Shown here one piece after another: positions 9,938 through 18,890 of a stretch of 64,000 bases of DNA. The position numbers were made by a program, and so were the translations under genes. A model generated the notes under the pieces. That model was not told the origin of the DNA. It saw only the letters and a list, made by a program, of their open reading frames with translations, and searched no databases. Position 1 is the stretch's first letter. Each line of letters opens with the position of its first letter. Source of the DNA: Myxococcota bacterium (GTDB lineage: Bacteria; Myxococcota_A; UBA796; UBA2385); the NCBI GenBank assembly GCA_044344255.1, contig JBIJDH010000004.1, forward strand, positions 32,001 through 96,000. The letters run 5' to 3'.

Positions 9938-10653
9938 GCCGCGACATTTTTCCTTCTCTCTCCGGGGCGATCGCCTCGGCTCGGCAGATCGAGCTGGTGG
10001 CCAACAACGTGGCCAACCAGTCTACGGTGGGCTTCAAGGCGCAGCGAGGCACCTTCGAGCAGGTCAACCGGAGCTTCGAGCCCCTGGCGAACAGCTACGT
10101 CAAGCTCTCCCCTGGGTACCCCGATCTCTCCGACGGTCCCCTCATCGAAGATGGGGGTGAGACCCACCTCGCCCTCCAAGGCCGCGGCTTCCTCGTGGTC
10201 GAAGGCGGGGAAGGGCAGGGAGGGCAGCTGCTCTGCCGTGGCGGCGCCCTCCGCCTTGACCGCGATGGCTTCCTGGTGACCGACCGCGGTGAGAAGGTGC
10301 TCGGGGAGTCCGGGCCCATCCAGGTGCCGGAGAACGAGCACATCACCGTCGATCAGGCGGGGAAGGTCTCGACGACCCGGGGGGATGAGCTCGCACAGCT
10401 CCGCCTCGTCGTCCCCTCCGGCCCGCCGGGGAGCGTCGAGGAGCTGGGCGGCACCCGCTGGCTGGCTCGCGCCGGCACTCGTCCGGCCACCGAGGTGGTC
10501 GTCGTGCAAGGGGCGCTCGAGGGCTCGAACACCAACCCCGTCAAAGAGATGGTCGATCTCATCCAGGCGACCCGCTACTTCGAGCTCTACCAGAAGGCGA
10601 TGCAGACCTCAGACGAGCTCGACGGACGTATGTATGCAACAGGGAGAGGCTGA
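9934..10653 (+). CDS. flgF: Basal-body rod protein FlgF
   Basis: ANNVANQSTVGFK at the N-terminus and QGALEGSNTNPVKEMVDLI at the C-terminus. Precedes flgG. Confidence 0.9.
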   Translation: MSRDIFPSLSGAIASARQIELVANNVANQSTVGFKAQRGTFEQVNRSFEPLANSYVKLSPGYPDLSDGPLIEDGGETHLALQGRGFLVVEGGEGQGGQLLCRGGALRLDRDGFLVTDRGEKVLGESGPIQVPENEHITVDQAGKVSTTRGDELAQLRLVVPSGPPGSVEELGGTRWLARAGTRPATEVVVVQGALEGSNTNPVKEMVDLIQATRYFELYQKAMQTSDELDGRMYATGRG

Positions 10654-11429
10654 TGCGCGCCCTTTATAGCGCTGCGACGGGCATGGCTGCCCAGCAGCTC
10701 AAGATCGATAACATCTCGAACAACCTCGCGAACGTCTCGACGACCGGCTACAAGAAAGCCCGCGAGTCCTTCGAAGACCTCGTCTACCAGAACATGCCCA
10801 TCGGGGGCGTCTCCAACGACACACCTCGGCCGGTCGGTATCCAAATCGGTACGGGTGTTCGGACCCTCGCCATCACCCGAGACTTCCGGAATGGCGACCA
10901 AGTCTACACCGGTAACCAGTTCGATGTGACGATCGGCGGCCGCGGGTTCTTCGTGCTCGAAGGCCCGAACGGTGAAGAGCGGTACACCCGAGACGGTCAC
11001 TTCATTAAGAACGCAGACGGGGAGCTGGTCACCGCCGCTGGCTACAAGATGTCGCCGGGAATAGAGGTCCCGGAGGATGCGATCGCTGTCATCATCTCCG
11101 AGGATGGCACGGTCCAGGCGCAGTACCAGGATCAAGTCGACCTCGCGACCCTCGGCGTGATCCAGCTCGTCGATTTCGTCAACCCTGCAGGCCTCCGCGC
11201 GGTGGGCGGCAATCTGTTCACGGTGAGCCCCGAGAGCGGTGAACCGCAGATCCTGGAGCCGGGAGACGGCTTCGTCAACCTGCAGCAGGGCTTCCTCGAG
11301 AACAGCAACGTCGACATCGCCGAGGAGCTGATCAACATGATCATCGCCCAGCGCGCCTTCGAGACGAACAGCAAGGTCATCGAGACCGAGGATCAGAACC
11401 TCCAGACCGTGAATCAGCTCAAGCGCTGA
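10653..11429 (+). CDS. flgG: Distal rod protein FlgG
   Basis: MRALYSAATGM..ISNNLANVSTTGYK, YTRDGHF, GFLENSNV..QRAFE. Confidence 0.95.
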   Translation: MRALYSAATGMAAQQLKIDNISNNLANVSTTGYKKARESFEDLVYQNMPIGGVSNDTPRPVGIQIGTGVRTLAITRDFRNGDQVYTGNQFDVTIGGRGFFVLEGPNGEERYTRDGHFIKNADGELVTAAGYKMSPGIEVPEDAIAVIISEDGTVQAQYQDQVDLATLGVIQLVDFVNPAGLRAVGGNLFTVSPESGEPQILEPGDGFVNLQQGFLENSNVDIAEELINMIIAQRAFETNSKVIETEDQNLQTVNQLKR

Positions 11430-11458
11430 GCCCGAAGCACCGTCGGCGACCCGCCTCC

Positions 11459-12202
11459 ATGCAGCTCCCCATCCGCGATCCCCTGCTGCGTCAATCCATC
11501 CGGCCCATGGTGTGTGGGCTGGTGGGCGGCGCGCTGCTCTGTGGCGCGCCCGCATTCGGGGCCGTCTCGGTGGACGCCGTGTCGGCAGCCCTCCGAGCCG
11601 AGGTGGCGGCCCGCCTGGAGAAGGCCGAGTCGGACGTCGTGGTGGGCTTCCCCGGCCTCACGGCTCCCCTCGACTGCGCCGAGAGCTCTACCCTGCAGGT
11701 GCAGGCGTCGCCGGGTGAGCGCTTTCGGGGCCACCCGAACCTGCGCCTTCGGGTCACCGAGCCCGACGGTCGGGTCTGCGCCGACCTTCGGCTGCGGCCG
11801 GAGCTTCGCCTCTACGGGCAGGTGCCGGTCGCTGCGAACGCGGTCGGGGCGGGCGCGCCGGTGACGGTGCAGATGGAGCGTGTCGCCCTCGATCGGGTAG
11901 ACGGTGCGCTCATCCCCGTCGGAGATGCGCCCGAAGCGAGCGGCCCCTGGGAGGCACGTGGGCCCTTGCAGAGAGGGCAGCCGCTGACCCTCTCGCGTGT
12001 GCGGGCCACCCCGGCCGGGCGGCAGGGCGCTGAGGTGCTCCTCGTTGCCAGCTCAGGCCCCCTGCGGGTTCAGGCTGCGGGGCGGCTCCTCGACGACGTC
12101 GCGCTGGGTGGTGAGGTGCGTGTGACCAACCTCGCTACGGGGGTCGTCGTGAACGGTGTGCTGGTGGAGCCTGGCGTCGTCCGGGCTGGAGCGCGTCCAT
12201 GA
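11459..12202 (+). CDS. flgA: P-ring chaperone FlgA
   Basis: Signal peptide and a C-terminal SAF/FlgA-like segment (GRLLDDVALGGEVRVTNLATG). Lies between flgG and flgH. Confidence 0.8.
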   Translation: MQLPIRDPLLRQSIRPMVCGLVGGALLCGAPAFGAVSVDAVSAALRAEVAARLEKAESDVVVGFPGLTAPLDCAESSTLQVQASPGERFRGHPNLRLRVTEPDGRVCADLRLRPELRLYGQVPVAANAVGAGAPVTVQMERVALDRVDGALIPVGDAPEASGPWEARGPLQRGQPLTLSRVRATPAGRQGAEVLLVASSGPLRVQAAGRLLDDVALGGEVRVTNLATGVVVNGVLVEPGVVRAGARP

Positions 12203-12927
12203 AGTCCCCCTCAGCCGGCTCCCGAGTGGCGGGCGCCTCGGCGCCTACCCGTCGTGCCCTGGTCGTCCTCGTCCTCGTGCTCGGCCTGGGCACCTCTGAG
12301 AGCCTCGCGGCTCCGCCGGTCCCTCCCCCGGTGACAGCCCAGCCCACCTCGGTCGAGCCTTCGCCGCCAGGGAGCCTCTGGAACGAAGGGACGGCACGGA
12401 TCTTGATCGGGCTGGACTCCAACGCCCGGCGCACCGGCGACCTCATCACGGTGAACATCACCGAAGAGACCCGGACTGAGCTCCTCGCCAACACCGAGGC
12501 GAACCGCGAGTCCTCGGTGGGCGGCGGCATCGGCTCGCTGTTTGGGCTCGACAAGGGGGCCACCAAGGCTAACGACAACCTGGACGGGGAGCTGTCGCTG
12601 TCGGTCGAAGGCGGGTCCGCCTTTAAGGGCGATGGTAAGACCTCTCGCGAGGCCTCGGTTGTCGGGAAGCTCACCTGCAAGGTGATCGAGGTGCAACCCA
12701 ACGGGAACCTCGTGATCTGGGGCTGGAAGGAGGTCAGGGCCAACCGCGAGACTCAGTACATGGTGGTCTCGGGGACTGTCCGTCCGCAGGACATCAAGGC
12801 GGACAACACCGTGGACAGCCAGCTCCTCGCCGAGGCCCACATTGAATTCAACGGGAACGGCCCGCTCTCTGACAAGCAGGGCCCGGGGCTCGGTCAACGA
12901 GTGCTCGACCGCACCTGGCCCTTCTGA
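12199..12927 (+). CDS. flgH: L-ring protein FlgH (no lipobox)
   Basis: GSLW, ARRTGDLITVNITE, VQPNGNLVI.G.KEVR, VRPQDI..DNTVDS, and terminal WPF. Confidence 0.92.
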   Translation: MKSPSAGSRVAGASAPTRRALVVLVLVLGLGTSESLAAPPVPPPVTAQPTSVEPSPPGSLWNEGTARILIGLDSNARRTGDLITVNITEETRTELLANTEANRESSVGGGIGSLFGLDKGATKANDNLDGELSLSVEGGSAFKGDGKTSREASVVGKLTCKVIEVQPNGNLVIWGWKEVRANRETQYMVVSGTVRPQDIKADNTVDSQLLAEAHIEFNGNGPLSDKQGPGLGQRVLDRTWPF

Positions 12928-12935
12928 GGTCTCCC

Positions 12936-14102
12936 TTGATGGTCTGCCCTTCGCCTTCCACGCCGGCCCCGACCTCGCACTCCCGCGCGCGGCGGTTTGG
13001 CTTGGTTCGGGCCGCGCTGCTCCTGCTCTTCACGCTGCTGGCCCTCCGCGTCGCCCCCGCCGAGGCGGCCCGCGTCAAGGACATCGCGACCCTGTACGGG
13101 GTCCGTGACAACGTGCTCTCGGGGCAGGGCCTCGTGACCGGCCTGAACCGCTCCGGAGACTCTCGGCGAAACGAGGCAGCGATCCGGGCCCTCGCCAATA
13201 AGCTCCAGGGCCTGGGCTTTACGATCAGCACCGACGAGATCATCGCGCGGAACGTAGCGATCGTGATGGTGACCGCCCGAATGGCCGCGGATGCCCGGCC
13301 TGGAGCCGCCATCGATGTCGAGGTCAGCTCTTCGGGTGACGCCACGAGCCTCGAGGGCGGGGTGCTCCAACTCGCGGCCTTGTATGCCCCGAACGGTCAA
13401 GTGTTCGCCACAGCACAGGGTCCTCTCTTGGTGGGCGGCTTCCAGGTCGAGGCCGAGGGGAGCAGCACGCGGAAGAACCATCCCACGGTGGGCCGAATCC
13501 CGGAGGGGGCGATCGTGGAGCGGGAGAACCCGAACCGCCTCGACCTCGACATCCAGGAGAGGGTCGATTGGATCATCCACCAGCCCGATTTCACCACCAC
13601 CCTGCGTGTCGCGGACGCGATCAACCAGGCCTTTGGGGAGGACATCGCCAAACCGCGAGACCGAGGCAGCGTGAGCGTGCGGGTCCCCGAGCGCTACAAG
13701 GGTCGGGTGGTGGAGCTGGTCTCGCAGATCGAGTCGCTGACCGTGGCCGTCGATGCGACGGCCCGGGTGGTCGTCAACGAACGAACCGGCACGGTGGTCA
13801 TGGGGGCCGACGTCAAGATCTCTCCGGTCGCGATCGCCTACGGCGCGCTGTCGATCGAGGTCCAGCGCACCACGGACGTCAGCCAACCCGGCCCGCTCTC
13901 CGGCGGCAAGACGGTCAAGTCGAACAACGCGAACCTCGTGGTCAAGGAGGGGGACGGTGAGCTCGTGATGGTGGAAGGCATCAGCATCGGCGAGCTCGTG
14001 AAGGCCTTGAACAAGATCGGCGTGAAGCCGCGCGACCTGATCCAGATCCTGATGGCCATCAAGTCCGCCGGGGCCTTGCAGGCCGAGCTGGAGGTCCAGT
14101 GA
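12936..14102 (+). CDS. flgI: P-ring protein FlgI
   Basis: ARVKDIA..GVRDNVL.GQGLVTGL, VVVNERTGTVVMG, AIKSAGALQAEL. Confidence 0.96.
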   Translation: MMVCPSPSTPAPTSHSRARRFGLVRAALLLLFTLLALRVAPAEAARVKDIATLYGVRDNVLSGQGLVTGLNRSGDSRRNEAAIRALANKLQGLGFTISTDEIIARNVAIVMVTARMAADARPGAAIDVEVSSSGDATSLEGGVLQLAALYAPNGQVFATAQGPLLVGGFQVEAEGSSTRKNHPTVGRIPEGAIVERENPNRLDLDIQERVDWIIHQPDFTTTLRVADAINQAFGEDIAKPRDRGSVSVRVPERYKGRVVELVSQIESLTVAVDATARVVVNERTGTVVMGADVKISPVAIAYGALSIEVQRTTDVSQPGPLSGGKTVKSNNANLVVKEGDGELVMVEGISIGELVKALNKIGVKPRDLIQILMAIKSAGALQAELEVQ

Positions 14103-14857
14103 GCGTCGATCCGTTGGGCGCCGCGCGCTCCGTGATCTCCGAGGCCCGCCTCGCCGCGATCGCGCCCCCCTCCGACACCTCGAAGGTGAGCGCGGAGACA
14201 GCCGCGCGCCAGTTTGAGGGCTACCTCGCGCAGCTGATGATTCGGGAGATGAAGAAGACTGTCCCAGAGGGGCTTTTCAATTCTCCGGCGATGGAGGTCT
14301 TTTCGGACCTCTTCGATGCCGAGATCGCGAACCGGATGAGCGAGGGTAGGGGGCTCGGGCTGGCAGCGCAGATCACCGCTCGGATCACCGGACAGCCCCT
14401 CCACGGCGCCGCCTCAGCCGGCCCGGAGACGAGCGCGGCCGCGACGACCGCCCGATCGCGCGGGAGCGGTGCGGTCATGCCGGTCATCGGCCGGTTGACC
14501 TCCCGATTCGGTCAGCGGGCCGACCCCTTCGACGGCACCCGACGGAGCCACCAGGGGGTAGACATCGCGGCCCCGCGCGGCGCGCCCGTGAGCCCCGTGA
14601 AGGCGGGCACGGTGACCATGGCGGGCCGCCGCAGCGGCTACGGCAACGTCGTCGTCGTCGATCACGGAGACGGGCTGACGACGCTCTACGCCCACTGTGA
14701 CTCGCTCTCCGTGCGCGCGGGGCAGCAGGTGCAGCCCGGCGATGTGATCGCTCAGGTGGGGGACACGGGGCGCGCGACCGGCCCCCATTTGCACTTCGAG
14801 GTGCGCTCCGACGGCGTGGCTGTCGACCCGATTGAGACATTCGGGTGGCGGCGTTGA
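14099..14857 (+). CDS. flgJ: FlgJ rod-binding domain fused to M23 metallo-endopeptidase
   Basis: N-terminal ARQFEGYLAQLMIREMKKT..G.GLA (rod-binding). C-terminal HQGVD, YGN, YAH and ATGPHLHFEV (M23). Confidence 0.85.
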   Translation: MSVDPLGAARSVISEARLAAIAPPSDTSKVSAETAARQFEGYLAQLMIREMKKTVPEGLFNSPAMEVFSDLFDAEIANRMSEGRGLGLAAQITARITGQPLHGAASAGPETSAAATTARSRGSGAVMPVIGRLTSRFGQRADPFDGTRRSHQGVDIAAPRGAPVSPVKAGTVTMAGRRSGYGNVVVVDHGDGLTTLYAHCDSLSVRAGQQVQPGDVIAQVGDTGRATGPHLHFEVRSDGVAVDPIETFGWRR

Positions 14858-14867
14858 GGCTCGTCCT

Positions 14868-14894
14868 TAACTTCTGCGCGGCCCCGTCCGAAGA
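14868..14894 (+). promoter_or_regulatory. Sigma28-like promoter for flgM
   Basis: TAAC-N15-TCCGAAGA versus the consensus TAAA-N15-GCCGATAA. Confidence 0.6.
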
Positions 14895-14912
14895 GGGAGA
14901 TCGGAGGCGGTC

Positions 14913-15185
14913 ATGAAAATTGAACCCACCATAGTCGCGCGAGCTGCGTTGTCCGCCCGAGCCCTCGGGAAGGGTGCGCGGGTGAGCAGCGGGGCGGCCG
15001 CGGTAGACGCCGTCGCGCTGTCGGCGTCCGCGCGCTTTGTGAACGAGCTTCGGGACGCCGTAGAGAATACGCCGGGGGTCCGTGCCGACGTGGTCGAGCA
15101 GGCCCGCGCCGACATCGCGTCGGGTCGCCTTGGCGGAGAGCTTGACCTCAACTTGGCGCTGGACTCCTTGCTCGCAGGCTTCTGA
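14913..15185 (+). CDS. flgM: Anti-sigma28 factor FlgM
   Basis: DAVALSASA..PGVRADVVEQARADIASG. Size and position after flgJ fit. Confidence 0.85.
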   Translation: MKIEPTIVARAALSARALGKGARVSSGAAAVDAVALSASARFVNELRDAVENTPGVRADVVEQARADIASGRLGGELDLNLALDSLLAGF

Positions 15186-15514
15186 TGGAGCGTCCGCTCG
15201 AAGAGATCCTGGAGGATTCGCTGGCGGTGGCTGAACAGCAGCTCACCGCCGCGCGCGCGTTGGACGTCGAGGCTCTCCGAGAGGCCACCAATCGCCGCCA
15301 GGACCTCAACTTTGAGCTGGAGCTCATCGAGGCCGAAGAGCTCGATATCCGAGGGGACACGCTCATTGAAGGGCTGCTCCTCGACCTACAGCAGATCGAT
15401 CGCCGCATCACCGCCGTCGTGGGCGCGGCCAACGCGGTCTTCTCGACCCTCATCCCCCGTGAGCCGCCGCCGACCTATTCGGCCACCGGTCGGCTCCGTG
15501 GAGGCGCAGCATGA
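15185..15514 (+). CDS. flgN: FlgN-like export chaperone
   Basis: Small helical protein between flgM and flgK with a C-terminal TYSATG motif. Confidence 0.65.
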   Translation: MERPLEEILEDSLAVAEQQLTAARALDVEALREATNRRQDLNFELELIEAEELDIRGDTLIEGLLLDLQQIDRRITAVVGAANAVFSTLIPREPPPTYSATGRLRGGAA

Positions 15515-16893
15515 GCCTACTCTCGACGCTTCAGATCGGCCGTACGGGCCTCTCGGTCGCCTCCGCCGGCGTCTCGGTGGTGGGCCACAACGTGGCCAAC
15601 GCGAGCACGGAGGGCTTCACCCGTCGGCGCCTTGAGGTCGGCACCTCTGACCCCGTCCTTCGGAAGGGGCTGTACTTCGGCCAGGGGGCGCGGACCCAGG
15701 GCATCACCCGCGTCACCGACCGCCTGGTCGAAGAGCGGCTGGTCAAGGCCACGGGTCAGCGCTCCCGCTCCGGCGCCGCGTTTGACACGCTCAGCGCGCT
15801 GGAGGGCGTCGCGTTCGACGAGACCAGCGGCACCGCCACCAACGACGACCTGCGGGAATTCTTCGACAAGCTGCAGGCCCTCTCCCGCGATCCCAGCGAT
15901 CCATCGCTGCGTCGGGAGGCGCTCTCGGTCGCGCTTCGCCTCACCGACGGTCTCAACGACACCGCCCAGGCCATGACCCGCACCATCGACGACGTCGTGG
16001 AAGAGCTGCAGGGCACCCTCGCGGACATTCAGGCGAAGGTCGATCAGATCGCCGCCCTGAACGACAAGATGGTCTCGGGAGGTCCGCAAGGCGCGGCCGA
16101 CTACGCCGATCAACGCGACCAGCTCATCACCGAGGTCGCGGACAAGATCGGGGTGCAGGTCGACTATTCACCGGATGGTCAGGCGACGTTGTTCATCGGG
16201 GGCCACGCCCTCGTGAGCGGCGGGGCTGCACGTCAGCTCGACGTCAGCTTGACGGGCGCCGGCCTCCCGGTGGTGACGATGTCCGCTGACTCCGGGGTCA
16301 TCAACGTGACGTCGATGCTCGGGGGCCGCTGGGGCGGGCTGAACGACGCCGTGACCGTGACCGCCTCCGCCCAGGCGGAGCTTGACTCCTTCACCAACGA
16401 CTTCGCGACGGCCTTCAACACCCAGCATCAGGCGGGTTTTGACACCACGGGTGCGGCCGGCATCCCCTTCTTCACCTTCTCGGTGCCGGGGGAGGCCGCC
16501 TCCATCACGGTGGATCCCTCCATCATCGCCAACGAAGGCCTCTTCGCCCTCGCGGGCGCCGCGACGGCCGCCGCGGGCGACGGAGACAACCTCACGGCGC
16601 TCGTGGGCCTGGAAGATCAAGCGATCATCGCGGGCCTGACGCTGACCCCGAACGCCGGGCTGGCGCAGGTCTACTCCACAATCGGTCGTGGGATCTCCAG
16701 CGTCGAGCTGGAGGCCAAGGGCTACGACGCGGTGGTCTCCGACCTCACGGAGCTCCGAAACTCGGTGAGCGGTGTGGACCTCGATCAGGAGGCCACCGAG
16801 CTCCTCGCCTGGCAAGCGGCCTACCAGGCCTCTTCGCGGGTGATCACCACCGCCAACGCCCTCCTGGGTGACCTCATGGACATGGTGCGCTGA
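15511..16893 (+). CDS. flgK: Hook-associated protein FlgK
   Basis: GHNVANASTEGFTRR and SVSGVDLDQEA..QAAYQASSRVI. Confidence 0.95.
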   Translation: MSLLSTLQIGRTGLSVASAGVSVVGHNVANASTEGFTRRRLEVGTSDPVLRKGLYFGQGARTQGITRVTDRLVEERLVKATGQRSRSGAAFDTLSALEGVAFDETSGTATNDDLREFFDKLQALSRDPSDPSLRREALSVALRLTDGLNDTAQAMTRTIDDVVEELQGTLADIQAKVDQIAALNDKMVSGGPQGAADYADQRDQLITEVADKIGVQVDYSPDGQATLFIGGHALVSGGAARQLDVSLTGAGLPVVTMSADSGVINVTSMLGGRWGGLNDAVTVTASAQAELDSFTNDFATAFNTQHQAGFDTTGAAGIPFFTFSVPGEAASITVDPSIIANEGLFALAGAATAAAGDGDNLTALVGLEDQAIIAGLTLTPNAGLAQVYSTIGRGISSVELEAKGYDAVVSDLTELRNSVSGVDLDQEATELLAWQAAYQASSRVITTANALLGDLMDMVR

Positions 16894-17774
16894 TGAGCAT
16901 GATCCGTTCGACCTACCACGGCCGTCTCAGCGCCCTCGCCGCGGAGGTGAGCCGCAATGGCTCGACGTTGGCTCGGGCTCAGCTCGAGGCTTCGAGCGGC
17001 CTACGCTACTTCTCTCCCGCCGATGATCCGGGCATGGTCAGCCGGATCCATGCGATGCAGGCGGAGATCGAGGAGCAGAGCGTATACCAGGACAGCGCGA
17101 GCTGGGCGACCGGGATCCAAGCCACCGCGGAGGAGGCGCTCTCACACATCTCTGATCTGCTCACGCGGACGCGGGAGCTGGCCACGCAGATGTCCAGCGA
17201 GGAGAAGAACCCGCAGCAGGTGATCGAAGCCGCGCAGGAGGCGCAAGGCCTCTACGATCAGATGGTGAGCCTCGCCAACTCCACCTTTGGTGGGCGGTTT
17301 GTCTTCGCGGGGAACGCGTACGACACCCAGCCCTTCTCTACGGTGGGGGTGTACGGCGGGGACACCGGTCAGCCCTCCGTCGAGGTGGGCCAGGGGCTGC
17401 GCGCCTCGACCGGCTTCGACGGGAGCGCCATGCTTCAGGGGACCACCGACATCTTCGCGTCCGTGGCGTCCCTCGTGACCGCGCTCGGGACGGGCGTGGC
17501 GGCCAACGTCGCCCTGACGCTGGACCCCTTGAAAGACGCGCTCCAGCAGGTCACCGGCAGCCGGACCGAGGTGGGCACCCAGCTCGCCCTCGCCGAGGAC
17601 GCGGCGCAGGTCTCCGAGAGCCTCGAGGTGGAGCTCAAGTCGCAGTTTACGAACTTCGTCGAGGTGGATCAGGCCAAGAGCTACATGCGCATGGCCCAGC
17701 TCCAGACCACCTACGAGACCACCTTGCAGGTGACGGCGTCGTCTCGCTACAACCTCCTCTTTGAGCGGCTGTAG
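16893..17774 (+). CDS. flgL: Hook-associated protein FlgL
   Basis: SSGLRY..PADDP and LANSTFGGRFVFAG. Follows flgK. Confidence 0.9.
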   Translation: MSMIRSTYHGRLSALAAEVSRNGSTLARAQLEASSGLRYFSPADDPGMVSRIHAMQAEIEEQSVYQDSASWATGIQATAEEALSHISDLLTRTRELATQMSSEEKNPQQVIEAAQEAQGLYDQMVSLANSTFGGRFVFAGNAYDTQPFSTVGVYGGDTGQPSVEVGQGLRASTGFDGSAMLQGTTDIFASVASLVTALGTGVAANVALTLDPLKDALQQVTGSRTEVGTQLALAEDAAQVSESLEVELKSQFTNFVEVDQAKSYMRMAQLQTTYETTLQVTASSRYNLLFERL

Positions 17775-17838
17775 CGGCCTCGTCGTCCGAGGCGCGTCCT
17801 CGTCGGCGGCCCGCTCATCAAAAGGTGTCACACCGACT

Positions 17839-17865
17839 TAAAGGTGGACCACTTCAGTCCGACAA
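17839..17865 (+). promoter_or_regulatory. Sigma28 promoter for flagellin
   Basis: TAAA-N15-TCCGACAA, about 64 nt upstream of the fliC ATG. Confidence 0.8.
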
Positions 17866-17928
17866 GAAACACGAGGCTCGAGGGCAAGGCGCCGAAGCCT
17901 CAACTCCCCCCCAGAACAGGTGATCCCC

Positions 17929-18759
17929 ATGTCGATGACCGTCCGGACCAACGTCTCGGCCATTCAGTCCGCTGGCGTGTTGGCCAAGACCAACAAGGCC
18001 CTCAACAAGTCGCTCCTCAAGATCTCGAGCGGCAAGCGCATCAACGGCGCGGCGGACGACGCTGCCGGCCTCGGCGTGGCCACCAACCTCGAGTCGGACG
18101 CCATCTCCGTCAAGCAGGCGATGCGCAACACCAATGACGGCATCTCCGTCATCCAGACCGCTGAGAGCGCCGCCAATGAGGTGACCGACATCCTCCAGCG
18201 CGTGCGTGAGCTCGCCGTGCAGAGCGCCTCGGAGACCCTCTCCGACAACGAGCGCTCCTACATCACCGACGAGTACACCCAGCTCAAGAGCGAAATCGAC
18301 CGCATCGCCTCGGCGACCAACTTCAACGGTATCCAGCTGGCCGATGGCTCCGACACCAACCTGTCCGTGCAGGTCGGCATCACGAGCAACACCAGCACCA
18401 GCCAGATCACCATCAAGCTGGGCGACCTCACCGCGAACACCGGCCTCGGCCTCACCTCGGTGTCGCTCGCCAGCGCTACCGGCGCCCTCGCCGCCCTCGA
18501 CTCGATCGACACCGCCCTCAACTCGGTGAACTCGGTCCGCTCGAAGTTCGGCTCCGTGCAGAACCGCCTCGAGTCCTCGCTGAACAACAGCCAGGCCTAC
18601 GTGGAGGCCCTCTCCTCCGCCGCCAGCCAGATCGAGGACCTCGACTTCGCCAACGAGACGGCCAACCTCTCCAAGCTGCAGATCCTTCAGCAGTCTGGTG
18701 TGGCCGCCCTCGCCCAGGCCAAGAACATCAACCAGTCCGTCATCTCGCTCCTCCAGTAG
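17929..18759 (+). CDS. fliC: Flagellin (276 aa, essentially D0/D1 only)
   Basis: ISSGKRINGAADDAAGL, RNTNDGISVIQTAE, RSKFGSVQNRLE. Strongly C-ending codon bias consistent with high expression. Confidence 0.97.
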   Translation: MSMTVRTNVSAIQSAGVLAKTNKALNKSLLKISSGKRINGAADDAAGLGVATNLESDAISVKQAMRNTNDGISVIQTAESAANEVTDILQRVRELAVQSASETLSDNERSYITDEYTQLKSEIDRIASATNFNGIQLADGSDTNLSVQVGITSNTSTSQITIKLGDLTANTGLGLTSVSLASATGALAALDSIDTALNSVNSVRSKFGSVQNRLESSLNNSQAYVEALSSAASQIEDLDFANETANLSKLQILQQSGVAALAQAKNINQSVISLLQ

Positions 18760-18800
18760 GCGCGGGCGGGGCCTCCCCCGGGAGGCCTCCGGACCGGCGG

Positions 18801-18839
18801 CCTCCGCGACCCCGCTTGCAGGGTCGCGGGGGTTTTTTT
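18801..18839 (+). terminator. Rho-independent terminator after fliC
   Basis: Stem CCTCCGCGACCC / GGGTCGCGGGGG followed by T7. Confidence 0.88.
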
Positions 18840-18840
18840 A

Positions 18841-18849
18841 TGTTAGACT
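18841..18849 (+). promoter_or_regulatory. Possible extended -10 promoter for fliD-fliS
   Basis: TGnTAGACT immediately after the fliC terminator. Confidence 0.4.
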
Positions 18850-18890
18850 CCCCGCATCGGTTCGCGCTCTTCGCGCTTTGAGAGGTCTCC

